Shown: positions 7,971 to 15,919 of the stretch, in pieces
Position numbering within the stretch: the first letter of the stretch is position 1
How the letters are laid out: each line of letters begins with the position of its first letter
From: an uncultured Candidatus Bathyarchaeia archaeon
GTDB lineage: Archaea > Thermoproteota > Bathyarchaeia > Bathyarchaeales > Bathycorpusculaceae
Assembly: GCA_964354055.1 (NCBI GenBank)
Contig: CAYGYI010000001.1
Location: forward strand, 1 to 50,348
Length of the DNA stretch: 50,348 nucleotides
Direction: 5' to 3'
The notes under the pieces: model-generated
The model's input: only the letters and a program-made list of their open reading frames with translations
Database searches by the model: none
Told to the model about the DNA's origin: nothing
Made by a program: the position numbers and the translations under genes

Positions 7971-8729
7971 TTACTTCTTTCGTTTGGCTACGCGCAGTAA
8001 TCCTAGAGCTCCGAACGGTGCCGCAACCAGTGCCATTGTTGCCAGTTCTGGAACCACGAGCGTGCTTTTGCTGAATGAGCTGCATGCGTCGAATGGTTGT
8101 GGGGTGACGCATTCTGGACCTACTGATAGCGTGGTGTGTTCATATCTTCCCAGTGCCAGCACTAGAGCTTTGACGCTTGAGACTGGTGAGGTGAACTCGA
8201 GAACCAGCGTGAAGTAGTTTGGCGGCGTTACTCTTATCTTGTTCAAGAAGAATTTGTAGCCGTAGTAGATTGGGTTTCCTGTTTCTCCCATGTTGCTTTT
8301 GACGGCTGCGACTTCATATCGGCATTCTGAACCGGGGTATCCTGTTGCTGAGTTTGCGTTGCCTGGGGGTATCTTCTTGGTTGATGCGGGTATGAGTGCA
8401 AAGTCTGCTTTGGTCATGAATGTTGAACCGTTTATCGTGATTCTGTCAAGAGCATCGTATGTCGGCTTGTTTAGCACTATTAGGAGCCAACCGTTCTTGA
8501 TTTTTCCGCTACCTGTGTGGAAAATCATGAGGTCTGCGGGGGTTGTTGTAATCAGTGGGCCGTCGCTTTTCGCTTCTTCCGTGCCTACGGGTATCACTTT
8601 TATGGTGTGTCTGCACTCCGTACAGTCTATTTCGACAGTGGCGTAAACTAGCGGCGAGAGAACCAGAGTTGCACTCAGAGCAGCTAGTATGACTGTTAAT
8701 GCCAATGTTAGCCTTCTCATGTGAATCAT
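7971..8729 (-). CDS. secreted protein with PEF-CTERM-like (VVPEL) C-terminal sorting signal, paralog 1
   Basis: The signal peptide is MRRLTLALTVILAALSATLVLSPLVYA and the C-terminus is VVPELATMALVAAPFGALGLLRVAKRKK*. ATG at 8729 or 8720 is more likely than the ORF-track GTG at 8747. Confidence 0.85.
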   Translation of the reverse strand: MIHMRRLTLALTVILAALSATLVLSPLVYATVEIDCTECRHTIKVIPVGTEEAKSDGPLITTTPADLMIFHTGSGKIKNGWLLIVLNKPTYDALDRITINGSTFMTKADFALIPASTKKIPPGNANSATGYPGSECRYEVAAVKSNMGETGNPIYYGYKFFLNKIRVTPPNYFTLVLEFTSPVSSVKALVLALGRYEHTTLSVGPECVTPQPFDACSSFSKSTLVVPELATMALVAAPFGALGLLRVAKRKK

Positions 8730-8899
8730 CCAGAAAAAGAACCGCACTTCTGCTTTAAAAATACATGTGGAGTGATCCTATAGAACAATTCTCTACAATG
8801 GCTAGTCAAACGTAGCCCAATATTATTAGGAACCCAAAACAATCAATAGCACAGAACAAAGAAAGAGTTACTCTCGGTTTCGATTTGACTTTGATGGCT

Positions 8900-9562
8900 T
8901 TATTTGAGCTGTGGCACTTTTCTGCGTTTCACCGAGAACAATGCCAGAGCGCCGAAAGATCCCATTGCTAACAGGATTGTCCCTAGTTCTGGAACTACGA
9001 AACCCGGATTGGTCGGCGGTACCCAACGGTTGAGCTTCGTGTCAGATGCGCAAGCCTTGCCGAGAGCGTACACCAGCATTTTTGGGTTTGTCGAGTGCAG
9101 AGTGACGGTGAATTGCTGTGGCGTCGTATGAAGTGCACTTCCTCCCAAGAAAGGCTTCATTGCCCAGTACACTGAAGATTCGCCTGGCAATCCTAGGTGA
9201 TCGGCGAGTGATGAGCGCGTGTACTGTTTTTCGCTTATGCTGTCTGCGGGTATTTTGGGTGGGGGGGAACCAGAAATCAGTGTAAAGTCGCTCTTCGCGA
9301 ATGTTACTGATCCGCCTGTCCATGATACTTCGACGTTTGTCAATCCGTTATAGCAGGCAACTGTCATGACGAGCAGAATGTGGGGGGCATAGGTGGGGTC
9401 AGAAGCAGGAGTTGTGCTAATGTTAAATGTGGCTGGCGTGTTTTGCGTTAAAGGCCATTGCGGAGTTATTACTATGATTGAGCTGTTCACTTTGGCGAAA
9501 ACGGTCGGAATCACAATCAAAGATAACGAAACGAGAAGCATGAGTATTGTTATTTTTTTCAT
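8900..9562 (-). CDS. secreted protein with PEF-CTERM-like (VVPEL) C-terminal sorting signal, paralog 2
   Basis: ATG at 9562 is preceded by AGGAG (the complement of 9569-9573). The signal peptide is MKKITILMLLVSLSLIVIPTVFA and the C-terminus is VVPELGTILLAMGSFGALALFSVKRRK. Confidence 0.85.
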   Translation of the reverse strand: MKKITILMLLVSLSLIVIPTVFAKVNSSIIVITPQWPLTQNTPATFNISTTPASDPTYAPHILLVMTVACYNGLTNVEVSWTGGSVTFAKSDFTLISGSPPPKIPADSISEKQYTRSSLADHLGLPGESSVYWAMKPFLGGSALHTTPQQFTVTLHSTNPKMLVYALGKACASDTKLNRWVPPTNPGFVVPELGTILLAMGSFGALALFSVKRRKVPQLK

Positions 9563-9594
9563 TCCTATCTCCTCAATCAAAGCTGCAAGTCTCC

Positions 9595-9602
9595 TTTATA
9601 TA
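9595..9602 (-). promoter_or_regulatory. TATA-box-like element upstream of 8900..9562
   Basis: tttatata on the + strand (tatataaa on the minus strand) is centred about 36 nt upstream of ATG 9562. Confidence 0.45.
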
Positions 9603-9765
9603 GGCATAGGGAACGGTGTTCTAGAACATTGCTCTATTTTTCATCGATCTGCTTCCTTCGACAAGACTCTCAAAGAAAGAAAGTGGGCCGTTCAACGTTT
9701 CCGAAACCGGCGGAGCTATAGGACATTCTCGCTTATTCTCGGATATAGTGCTCAAGAACATGCGA

Positions 9766-9981
9766 TTATGAAGCGGCAACCAAGCCGACGATCCTTATGG
9801 CCACCGTTCCCAGGAATAAAATCGCTACCGTTACCGCTACGTTCCTGAGCCTTTTCCTGCTTATTTGAATGTTTATCCTACCGTAGTAGGGGGAGAGCAT
9901 TTCAGACGTTATCAGTAGTATTATGGCGGTTACTGCTAGCCATAGGCTTACGTCCCAGAGGCCTAGTGGGAAAGATGTCAT
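9766..9981 (-). CDS. small 2-TM membrane protein
   Basis: 71 aa. Its ATG overlaps the stop of the upstream gene (ATGA at 9978-9981), which suggests translational coupling. Confidence 0.6.
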   Translation of the reverse strand: MTSFPLGLWDVSLWLAVTAIILLITSEMLSPYYGRINIQISRKRLRNVAVTVAILFLGTVAIRIVGLVAAS

Positions 9982-11294
9982 GTTGATTGTTCCTCTTCGG
10001 TCTCGTCTAAGAGGACATATTCTATGGTGATTGTCTTGCCGTCTTTGCTGATCTCGTTTCCATTTATCGTGATCGGCTTGCCTGTGGCTTTTGCGAGGAC
10101 GATTGCGATGGCGCTGGAGATGGGGCTACCCAACGACTGTGCTGTGTTTGAAAGTTTGAGGGTTTGTTCGTGAACGTTTTTGAATATGGTGTTTTCGATT
10201 GCGACTTGGACTAGGCCGTTCTTGTTTTCTATTCTTATGTCTTCGGCGATTTCTAGGTCTTCTATGAAGAGTTTCGGCATGTTTTGCTGGACGTAGTTCA
10301 GGTCCACTTTTGTGAAGTTTGTGCCTAGCGTCTTTTCAAAGAGTCTTGCCAGTTCGGCGCCTGGCGGCGTTACTAGGAGAGCTTGGAAGTTTTCGATGTA
10401 GATTTTGTCTTCTTGTTTTTGGATATGTTCTGGCAGTGGCAGTTTGTCGCCTTCGTTTTTGAGCACGCAGGCTTTGCTTGTTTCTGGGTCTTTGAGGTAT
10501 TTTGGCGGCAGGTATATTGTCTTGCCTTTGTATCCAAGTCCCTGCATCGTTTGGTCCAGTGTGAGAAGCTGGGACGATTCTGCTGTATCCAGGAGGGATT
10601 TCTTTGTGTATTCCTCATTCCGGACGTACATGAGTACGGCGCCCCAGAATACCAGCCCTAAGCCGATGAAAGCAAGAATTGACGAACTGTAGCCGATAGA
10701 GGCAACGAGGGCTATGGTGCCTGTGAGTAGCATCAGAAGGCGAGCAAGTTTTGGTGGGTCGATGTCGACCTGTGGGCGTGCGCTGAGGACCATCAGTGTT
10801 GCAGAGAGTATGGTTATTGTGGTGGCGAATCCTTCGAAGGCGAGCATGAAGTCGGCATATGTCCAGTATTTGGTTGCCCATGTGTTGCTGAATTGCAGGC
10901 CGTATTGGTAGAGGTCGCTGTTAACCACGTAATCTAGGCGGCTGAAGGAGACCGCGGAAAGAGCTGTCGTAACAACACCCACGGCGATGAGGATGTAGCT
11001 GACGAATCTTGCGGAAGTGTTGCGGTTTCGCACGTGAATCAGGACTAGCGCCATGGACATTCCTGTTAGAACTATGGAGATTCCGAGAAAGCTCAGGGTG
11101 AGCTTCGAGTAGGTTGAATATTTCGCGTACCATTCATCACTGTACTGTAATCCATGATCATAGAGGTCGCTGTTAACGATGGTGTCTACGCGCATGAAGA
11201 AGAATGCTGAAAGAATGTTCAACGTGATTCCGGCTAGCAAAAGAGCCAGAATCACTTCAGGCTTGAACGGAACGCGCACTTTCATGTCATTCAC
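9978..11294 (-). CDS. polytopic membrane protein with internally duplicated N-terminal module and ~200-aa soluble C-terminal domain
   Basis: 438 aa. The repeated unit is TM - R(V/L)DxxVNSDLYx(H/Y)GLQ(Y/F)SxxWxxKYxTY - TM, seen at aa 11-88 and 96-172. I do not recognise a family. Confidence 0.8.
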   Translation of the reverse strand: MNDMKVRVPFKPEVILALLLAGITLNILSAFFFMRVDTIVNSDLYDHGLQYSDEWYAKYSTYSKLTLSFLGISIVLTGMSMALVLIHVRNRNTSARFVSYILIAVGVVTTALSAVSFSRLDYVVNSDLYQYGLQFSNTWATKYWTYADFMLAFEGFATTITILSATLMVLSARPQVDIDPPKLARLLMLLTGTIALVASIGYSSSILAFIGLGLVFWGAVLMYVRNEEYTKKSLLDTAESSQLLTLDQTMQGLGYKGKTIYLPPKYLKDPETSKACVLKNEGDKLPLPEHIQKQEDKIYIENFQALLVTPPGAELARLFEKTLGTNFTKVDLNYVQQNMPKLFIEDLEIAEDIRIENKNGLVQVAIENTIFKNVHEQTLKLSNTAQSLGSPISSAIAIVLAKATGKPITINGNEISKDGKTITIEYVLLDETEEEQST

Positions 11295-11455
11295 GCTGAT
11301 TGACTAACAAGTCTGATTGATTGTTCGACTCGGTTTATTAGTTTTGACTGTTCTTTAAAGGTTGTTTATCTTTTATCCTCTTTGGATATGATCGTGAGTG
11401 TATGATGCGGCTTCTTTGCTTGAGAATAGTAGGCAAAATGTGGCCAGACAACTTG

Positions 11456-12085
11456 TTACGTGTACTGGTCTCCATAGTGTCTGGTTACAGCGAAGTAGTC
11501 TACTAAGTCGATTTTGCCGTCGCGGTTAGTGTCGGCTTTTGGGTTCCAATTTGTGGATCCTTCGACGGACCCGTATAGGCTTGAGACGGTGAAGAAATCT
11601 AGGAGGTCGACTTTGTTGTCTTGGTTCACGTCCCATGGTGCGTATTTGCTTCCTTCGAAGATTATGTCAAAGCTGAAGGTGGTAATTCCTCTTGTGGCTG
11701 TGGAGACGTATAGGGATAGGGTGACTTTGACGACTTCGGCTGTTGCGAGTCTTTCGGCTTCGGAGAGCCATTCGAAAGTTAGAAAGGTGGAAGTGTTTTT
11801 CGGGTTCCAGTTTGCGTGTCTCAGGGTCAGGAAGGAGGATGTGTTTCCTTCGTTTCTTGCGTAGACTGTTACTCTTTTGCTTTGGCTCGGCGATAAGACC
11901 CCCCATCCTATGGATGGTACTTTTCGTGTGCAGGCTTTGTCCCAGTAAACTCCGATGCTGCCGGGTGTTGCGATGGCTGAGACGTTGGGGATGATTGTTT
12001 TAGGAGATAGGTATTCGGCTATGGCTAGGGTTGTGATGAGAGCAAAAATCAGGATGATGCCGCTGGCCTTTCCGGGCGAAACCAA
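11456..12085 (-). CDS. secreted/anchored protein with C-terminal type I dockerin-like module
   Basis: TTG start; N-terminal hydrophobic segment. The C-terminus carries DVNQDNKVDLLDFFTVSSLYG ... DTNRDGKIDLVDYFAVTRHYG, two EF-hand-like dockerin repeats. Confidence 0.8.
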   Translation of the reverse strand: MVSPGKASGIILIFALITTLAIAEYLSPKTIIPNVSAIATPGSIGVYWDKACTRKVPSIGWGVLSPSQSKRVTVYARNEGNTSSFLTLRHANWNPKNTSTFLTFEWLSEAERLATAEVVKVTLSLYVSTATRGITTFSFDIIFEGSKYAPWDVNQDNKVDLLDFFTVSSLYGSVEGSTNWNPKADTNRDGKIDLVDYFAVTRHYGDQYT

Positions 12086-12356
12086 GTTTTTTTCCCTTTT
12101 GCTGAAGTAGATATGGGGATGCTTGGATATTTCTCTTTCTGATGGATGCGGACTGTGTCTATGCTGTTCGTTTCTTCTTAAATCGTTGGCGGACAGAAAC
12201 TGGGTAGTCGGGGTTCACGTTTTGGCTTGTTTCTTGGGGTTCTTTGACTGGGTTCAGTTGTACAGTGGGTCATGCGATTATGTGTGTCTTGTTGTGGGAT
12301 GTGCGGTTTTTGATGGTGTTTGTTGTGTATTTGTGTTGGTTGTGTCGACAATAATG

Positions 12357-12364
12357 TTTATTAA
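12357..12364 (+). promoter_or_regulatory. TATA-box-like element upstream of 12399..12851
   Basis: tttattaa is centred about 39 nt upstream of ATG 12399, in a 313-bp divergent intergenic region. Confidence 0.4.
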
Positions 12365-12398
12365 GACTTACGAGACACGTTGTCGCTCGTGATCAAAA

Positions 12399-12851
12399 AT
12401 GGCGATGCAGAAAGCACAATTGCCAATCATCCTGACAATCATAAGCTTAGCAAGCGTCGGCAGCATAGTTTTCGCTCTTCTCTCTTCAAGCCAGACCGTC
12501 TCCAACACGGGAAACGTGAAAACCATCGGAGTCAAAGTCTACAAAGACGCCGCATGCAGCCAGACTCTTTCAAGCATAGACTGGGGAACAATGACCCCGA
12601 ATTCGGCAAAGAACTACATGGCCTACGTTCGTAACGAGGGCACGGTATCGCTCACGTTAAGCAAGACAACCGGCAACTGGAATCCTGCAGCAGCTTCAGG
12701 ATACATGGCGTTGGGTTGGAACCGTGAAGGCTACATACTTACCTCCGGAGCGTCAGTTCAAGCAGTCTTCACTCTGACAGTGTTCTCAAACGTCACGGGA
12801 GTCCCAAGCTTCACGTTCGACATAACTTTAACAGGGACAGAAGGCGCATAA
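12399..12851 (+). CDS. small secreted/anchored beta-rich protein, paralog of the N-terminal domain of 11456..12085
   Basis: 150 aa. The N-terminus is MAMQKAQLPIILTIISLASVGSIVFALL. The core GVKVYKDAACSQTLSSIDWGTMTPNSAKNYMAYVRNEGTVSLTL aligns with GVYWDKACTRKVPSIGWGVLSPSQSKRVTVYARNEGNTSSFLTL. Confidence 0.8.
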   Translation: MAMQKAQLPIILTIISLASVGSIVFALLSSSQTVSNTGNVKTIGVKVYKDAACSQTLSSIDWGTMTPNSAKNYMAYVRNEGTVSLTLSKTTGNWNPAAASGYMALGWNREGYILTSGASVQAVFTLTVFSNVTGVPSFTFDITLTGTEGA

Positions 12852-12866
12852 ATATCCAAACACTCC

Positions 12867-12872
12867 TTTTTT
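12867..12872 (+). terminator. oligo-T tract after 12399..12851
   Basis: A T6 run lies 16 nt after the stop codon. A second T6 lies at 12915-12920. Confidence 0.4.
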
Positions 12873-13002
12873 CAGTGTTGCTGATTTTCCGAAAGAGCTT
12901 GCAGAAGAGAAATCTTTTTTCAGGCTGAGACTTGAGTGGCCATTAAATCGATTGCTGCGATAATCGCTGCTCTTGTTGTGAATATCAAGTCAGTTCTATT
13001 GT

Positions 13003-13974
13003 CTAGGCTTGCTGTTTCATAAGGGCTCTTGTGGCAAGTCTCACCGCTTGTTTGCTTGTGTGTTTTGGTTTCCATCCTGTTTGGAGAAGCTTTTCTATTG
13101 ATAGCTGCATGGTTTTGACGTCTCCTTTCCATCCTCTTCCGCCGTCAACTCCGCCTGTGAACCTGTATTCAGTGTTTGGCGTGTGCATTTCTTCTGTTAT
13201 GATGTTGGCTATTTCTTTGACTGCGATTTTGTCTGGAGATCCAAGGTTGAAGATGTCAACTTTCTGCGTGTTTTTGAGCATCAAATTCGTCAAGTGTATC
13301 ATTGCGTCGACGCAGTCTTCTATGTGCAGGTAGGATTTTTGCTGGGTGCCGTCGCCGAGAATTTCGAGTTCTTGTGGGTTTGTTTTGAGTTTTTTGATGA
13401 AGTCTACGATGACCCCGTGGTTTGATCTTGGGCCGATGATGTTGGCGAGGCGTAGGATGAGGGCTTGATGGTTGAAGGTGTGGGCATAGCTTGTTATGAG
13501 GGCCTCGCAGGCGAGTTTTGACGCGCCGTAAGTTGATATTGGGATTAGCGGTCCGTAGTTTTCAGGTGTGGGGATTTGTTGGGCGTCGCCGTAAACGGTT
13601 GAAGTTGAGGCGAAGACCAATGTTTTTGGTTGTTTGGCCTGTCGGAGGGCTTCGAGGAGGTTGAAAGTGGCTAGGATGTTTTCTTCGAAGTGGGTTTTTG
13701 GTTCTGTTGTACCGATTCTCACTTCTGGGTTTGCTGCGAGGTGATAGATTATCTGGCTTTCCTGGATTAGATGCGCGAGTTGGGAGGGTTTCTTGAGGTC
13801 TTCTTTGACGATTCTAAACCGGTGATGGCCTCGAAGGTGTTGAATGTTTTCCTGTCTCCCGCTTGAGAAGTCGTCGATTATGGTAACTTTGAAGCCTTCG
13901 TTCAGTAGTCTTTCGGTCAGGTGGCTACCTATGAATCCCGCGCCACCTGTGACAATCGACGCACACTCTTTCAT
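13003..13974 (-). CDS. NAD-dependent epimerase/dehydratase (extended SDR), canonical active site
   Basis: 323 aa with TGGAGFIGSH and a canonical YxxxK in STYGASKLACE. Confidence 0.9.
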   Translation of the reverse strand: MKECASIVTGGAGFIGSHLTERLLNEGFKVTIIDDFSSGRQENIQHLRGHHRFRIVKEDLKKPSQLAHLIQESQIIYHLAANPEVRIGTTEPKTHFEENILATFNLLEALRQAKQPKTLVFASTSTVYGDAQQIPTPENYGPLIPISTYGASKLACEALITSYAHTFNHQALILRLANIIGPRSNHGVIVDFIKKLKTNPQELEILGDGTQQKSYLHIEDCVDAMIHLTNLMLKNTQKVDIFNLGSPDKIAVKEIANIITEEMHTPNTEYRFTGGVDGGRGWKGDVKTMQLSIEKLLQTGWKPKHTSKQAVRLATRALMKQQA

Positions 13975-14212
13975 GGATGGTCATGCTCCGCTGAAGAAGA
14001 TGGTTCTCAACTTAATAACATATGAGGAGAAATTTTATCCTGCCTGCATCATACTGCTGAGAGCCCTCAGTTCCGTCATTAGAGCGCTTGTAGATGGGCA
14101 TTTCGGCATGTAGTAAACAACTAGGTGATCAAGAAAATTACTCTTTTCCGTATATGCTGAAGCCCCTAGATAGGCTTATTTTTGTCTTTCGCGAAACAGA
14201 GAGTGATAGACA

Positions 14213-14863
14213 ATGTTCAGAGGCAAGAAATTGTTGTCTGTTATGATAATTCTTGTTGCTATTATCGTAGGAGCCATTCTGGTTTACGTTTTGAGTTCTA
14301 ACGTTCCACATGAAAATGGAGGAAACAATCAGCATAGCAACGGAGCTTCTTTCTTTTCTTCTTTCGAGGAGGGCATGGAGGGCTGGGAGGCAAGGGGGAT
14401 GGATTTGGAGCTGGCTGATTCCACGATAGACTGGTCGATAACACGCAGTCAGGAGAACGTGAAGAATGGTAGTAGTTCTCTGCGGTTTTATCTGGAGAAT
14501 TGGAATGACATGGGCAAAATATGGATCGAACGGAGTTTCGCAGTGAAACCTAACACTCGATACATGGTGAAAGTCAGTTATGCTTTTGCCAGCGCCGATT
14601 GGGGGGATGCGAACTTGTTTAGAATCATCACAGGCGTCTTAAAGGAACCGCCGAAATCCAGGGATGAGCTTGTGTATCAAGGAGACACTGGGAATGGAGC
14701 GAAGTCGGAGGTAGGCTATCTTTGGCTGGAAAAGGACTACAGCTTCTCGGTTGAGTCGGACACGACTGGTAAACTATATGTGGTTGTTGGGGTGTGGGGA
14801 GTCTGGGAAACGCCTCGCACGTACTATCTGGATGACCTTAAGGTAGCTTTCACCGAATCCTAG
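14213..14863 (+). CDS. membrane-anchored extracellular protein, possible carbohydrate-binding jelly-roll (CBM4/9-like)
   Basis: It has an N-terminal TM helix (LLSVMIILVAIIVGAILVYVL). The ectodomain shows FEEGMEGWEARG...GSSSLRF...YYLDDLKV, a pattern typical of CBM-like modules. Confidence 0.7.
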   Translation: MFRGKKLLSVMIILVAIIVGAILVYVLSSNVPHENGGNNQHSNGASFFSSFEEGMEGWEARGMDLELADSTIDWSITRSQENVKNGSSSLRFYLENWNDMGKIWIERSFAVKPNTRYMVKVSYAFASADWGDANLFRIITGVLKEPPKSRDELVYQGDTGNGAKSEVGYLWLEKDYSFSVESDTTGKLYVVVGVWGVWETPRTYYLDDLKVAFTES

Positions 14864-14944
14864 GCTTGACTCAGAATCCCGCGTTCACTCTCGTGCGCGC
14901 TTCGCAGGCGGACTGGAACTTCTCCCGGGTTTGCACACGTTTCT

Positions 14945-15664
14945 CTATGGTTGCACAAGCAACGTTGCCAGCTGGTATGAGGACTCAAGGTAAGATGAAC
15001 CTGGGTAGTAGACGGCGACTTCGTAGATTCCAGACTTCCGAATTTTGCCGGTTGCGAAAAAGGCTCCATAAGCATTGGTGTTTATCGCGAACGCATATTG
15101 CCAAGCTCTCTCGCTGCAGTATTCTCGATAGTAGAGTTTCACGGTCTGGCCTGCTACGGGTTGTGAGAACTGGTCTGTCAGAATGCCTTTGAGGGTGATG
15201 TCTTGTGTCGTTCTTGCCGGGTTTGGGCTTATGCCGAAAAACATCTGAGTCAAGTATGATGTTGCGACTGGGTACCCTTGTCCAGTCCACGCGTTGAAGC
15301 CATCGATCATGTTGTAGACCTTCGTGAACCCGTGCGCGACCAGTATGCCGCTGGCTATAGTGCTTCTCATGCCGCAGAAGCAGTAGACTATGATTTCATG
15401 GTTCTTGTGTTCTGTCAGTTCGTCGATTCTCTCTTCCAGTTCTGAGTGGGGAATCAAAAGGGCTTTCCTAATGTGCCCTTCGTCGAATTCTGCGCGTGTT
15501 CTGACATCCAGGATTACTATGTTTGGACAGACCCCGCTTGTTATGGCCTGATATGCTGTTTTGGCAGTGATGTCTGTGTATGACGTGGCCTGACTGAATG
15601 GTATCTGGAGAAAACCCGCAGTGACAACAATCGCAAAGAATAGTGCCAGTGTGTTTCTAGGCAT
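14945..15664 (-). CDS. secreted rhodanese-domain protein with C-terminal Ig-like domain
   Basis: It has a signal peptide. The rhodanese motifs are VILDVRTRAEFDEGHI and the active-site loop VYCFCGMRS. GGAGG lies 7 nt upstream of ATG 15664. Confidence 0.85.
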   Translation of the reverse strand: MPRNTLALFFAIVVTAGFLQIPFSQATSYTDITAKTAYQAITSGVCPNIVILDVRTRAEFDEGHIRKALLIPHSELEERIDELTEHKNHEIIVYCFCGMRSTIASGILVAHGFTKVYNMIDGFNAWTGQGYPVATSYLTQMFFGISPNPARTTQDITLKGILTDQFSQPVAGQTVKLYYREYCSERAWQYAFAINTNAYGAFFATGKIRKSGIYEVAVYYPGSSYLESSYQLATLLVQP

Positions 15665-15700
15665 TCAATTCCTCCATCACGATGAATGGTTTTGGGTAAC

Positions 15701-15707
15701 TTATAAA
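15701..15707 (-). promoter_or_regulatory. TATA-box-like element upstream of 14945..15664
   Basis: The minus strand reads tttataa, centred about 40 nt upstream of the ATG. Confidence 0.4.
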
Positions 15708-15919
15708 CTGGGATGGAACAAAAAACCACCTTCTCTGGAACAAAAGTAGTTGCCATATAAGATCATTAAGGTGTAAAACTATGTGTAAATAACCGGTGGC
15801 TAAGTTCTGCAAGTTTCTCACTTTCCTCGGGTTTCATGGTATACAGAGCCCATTTTTGACAGAAATGTATACGATCGATCGTTGATGCGTCGATCGATCT
15901 GTAGGCATAAAGCGTTACA

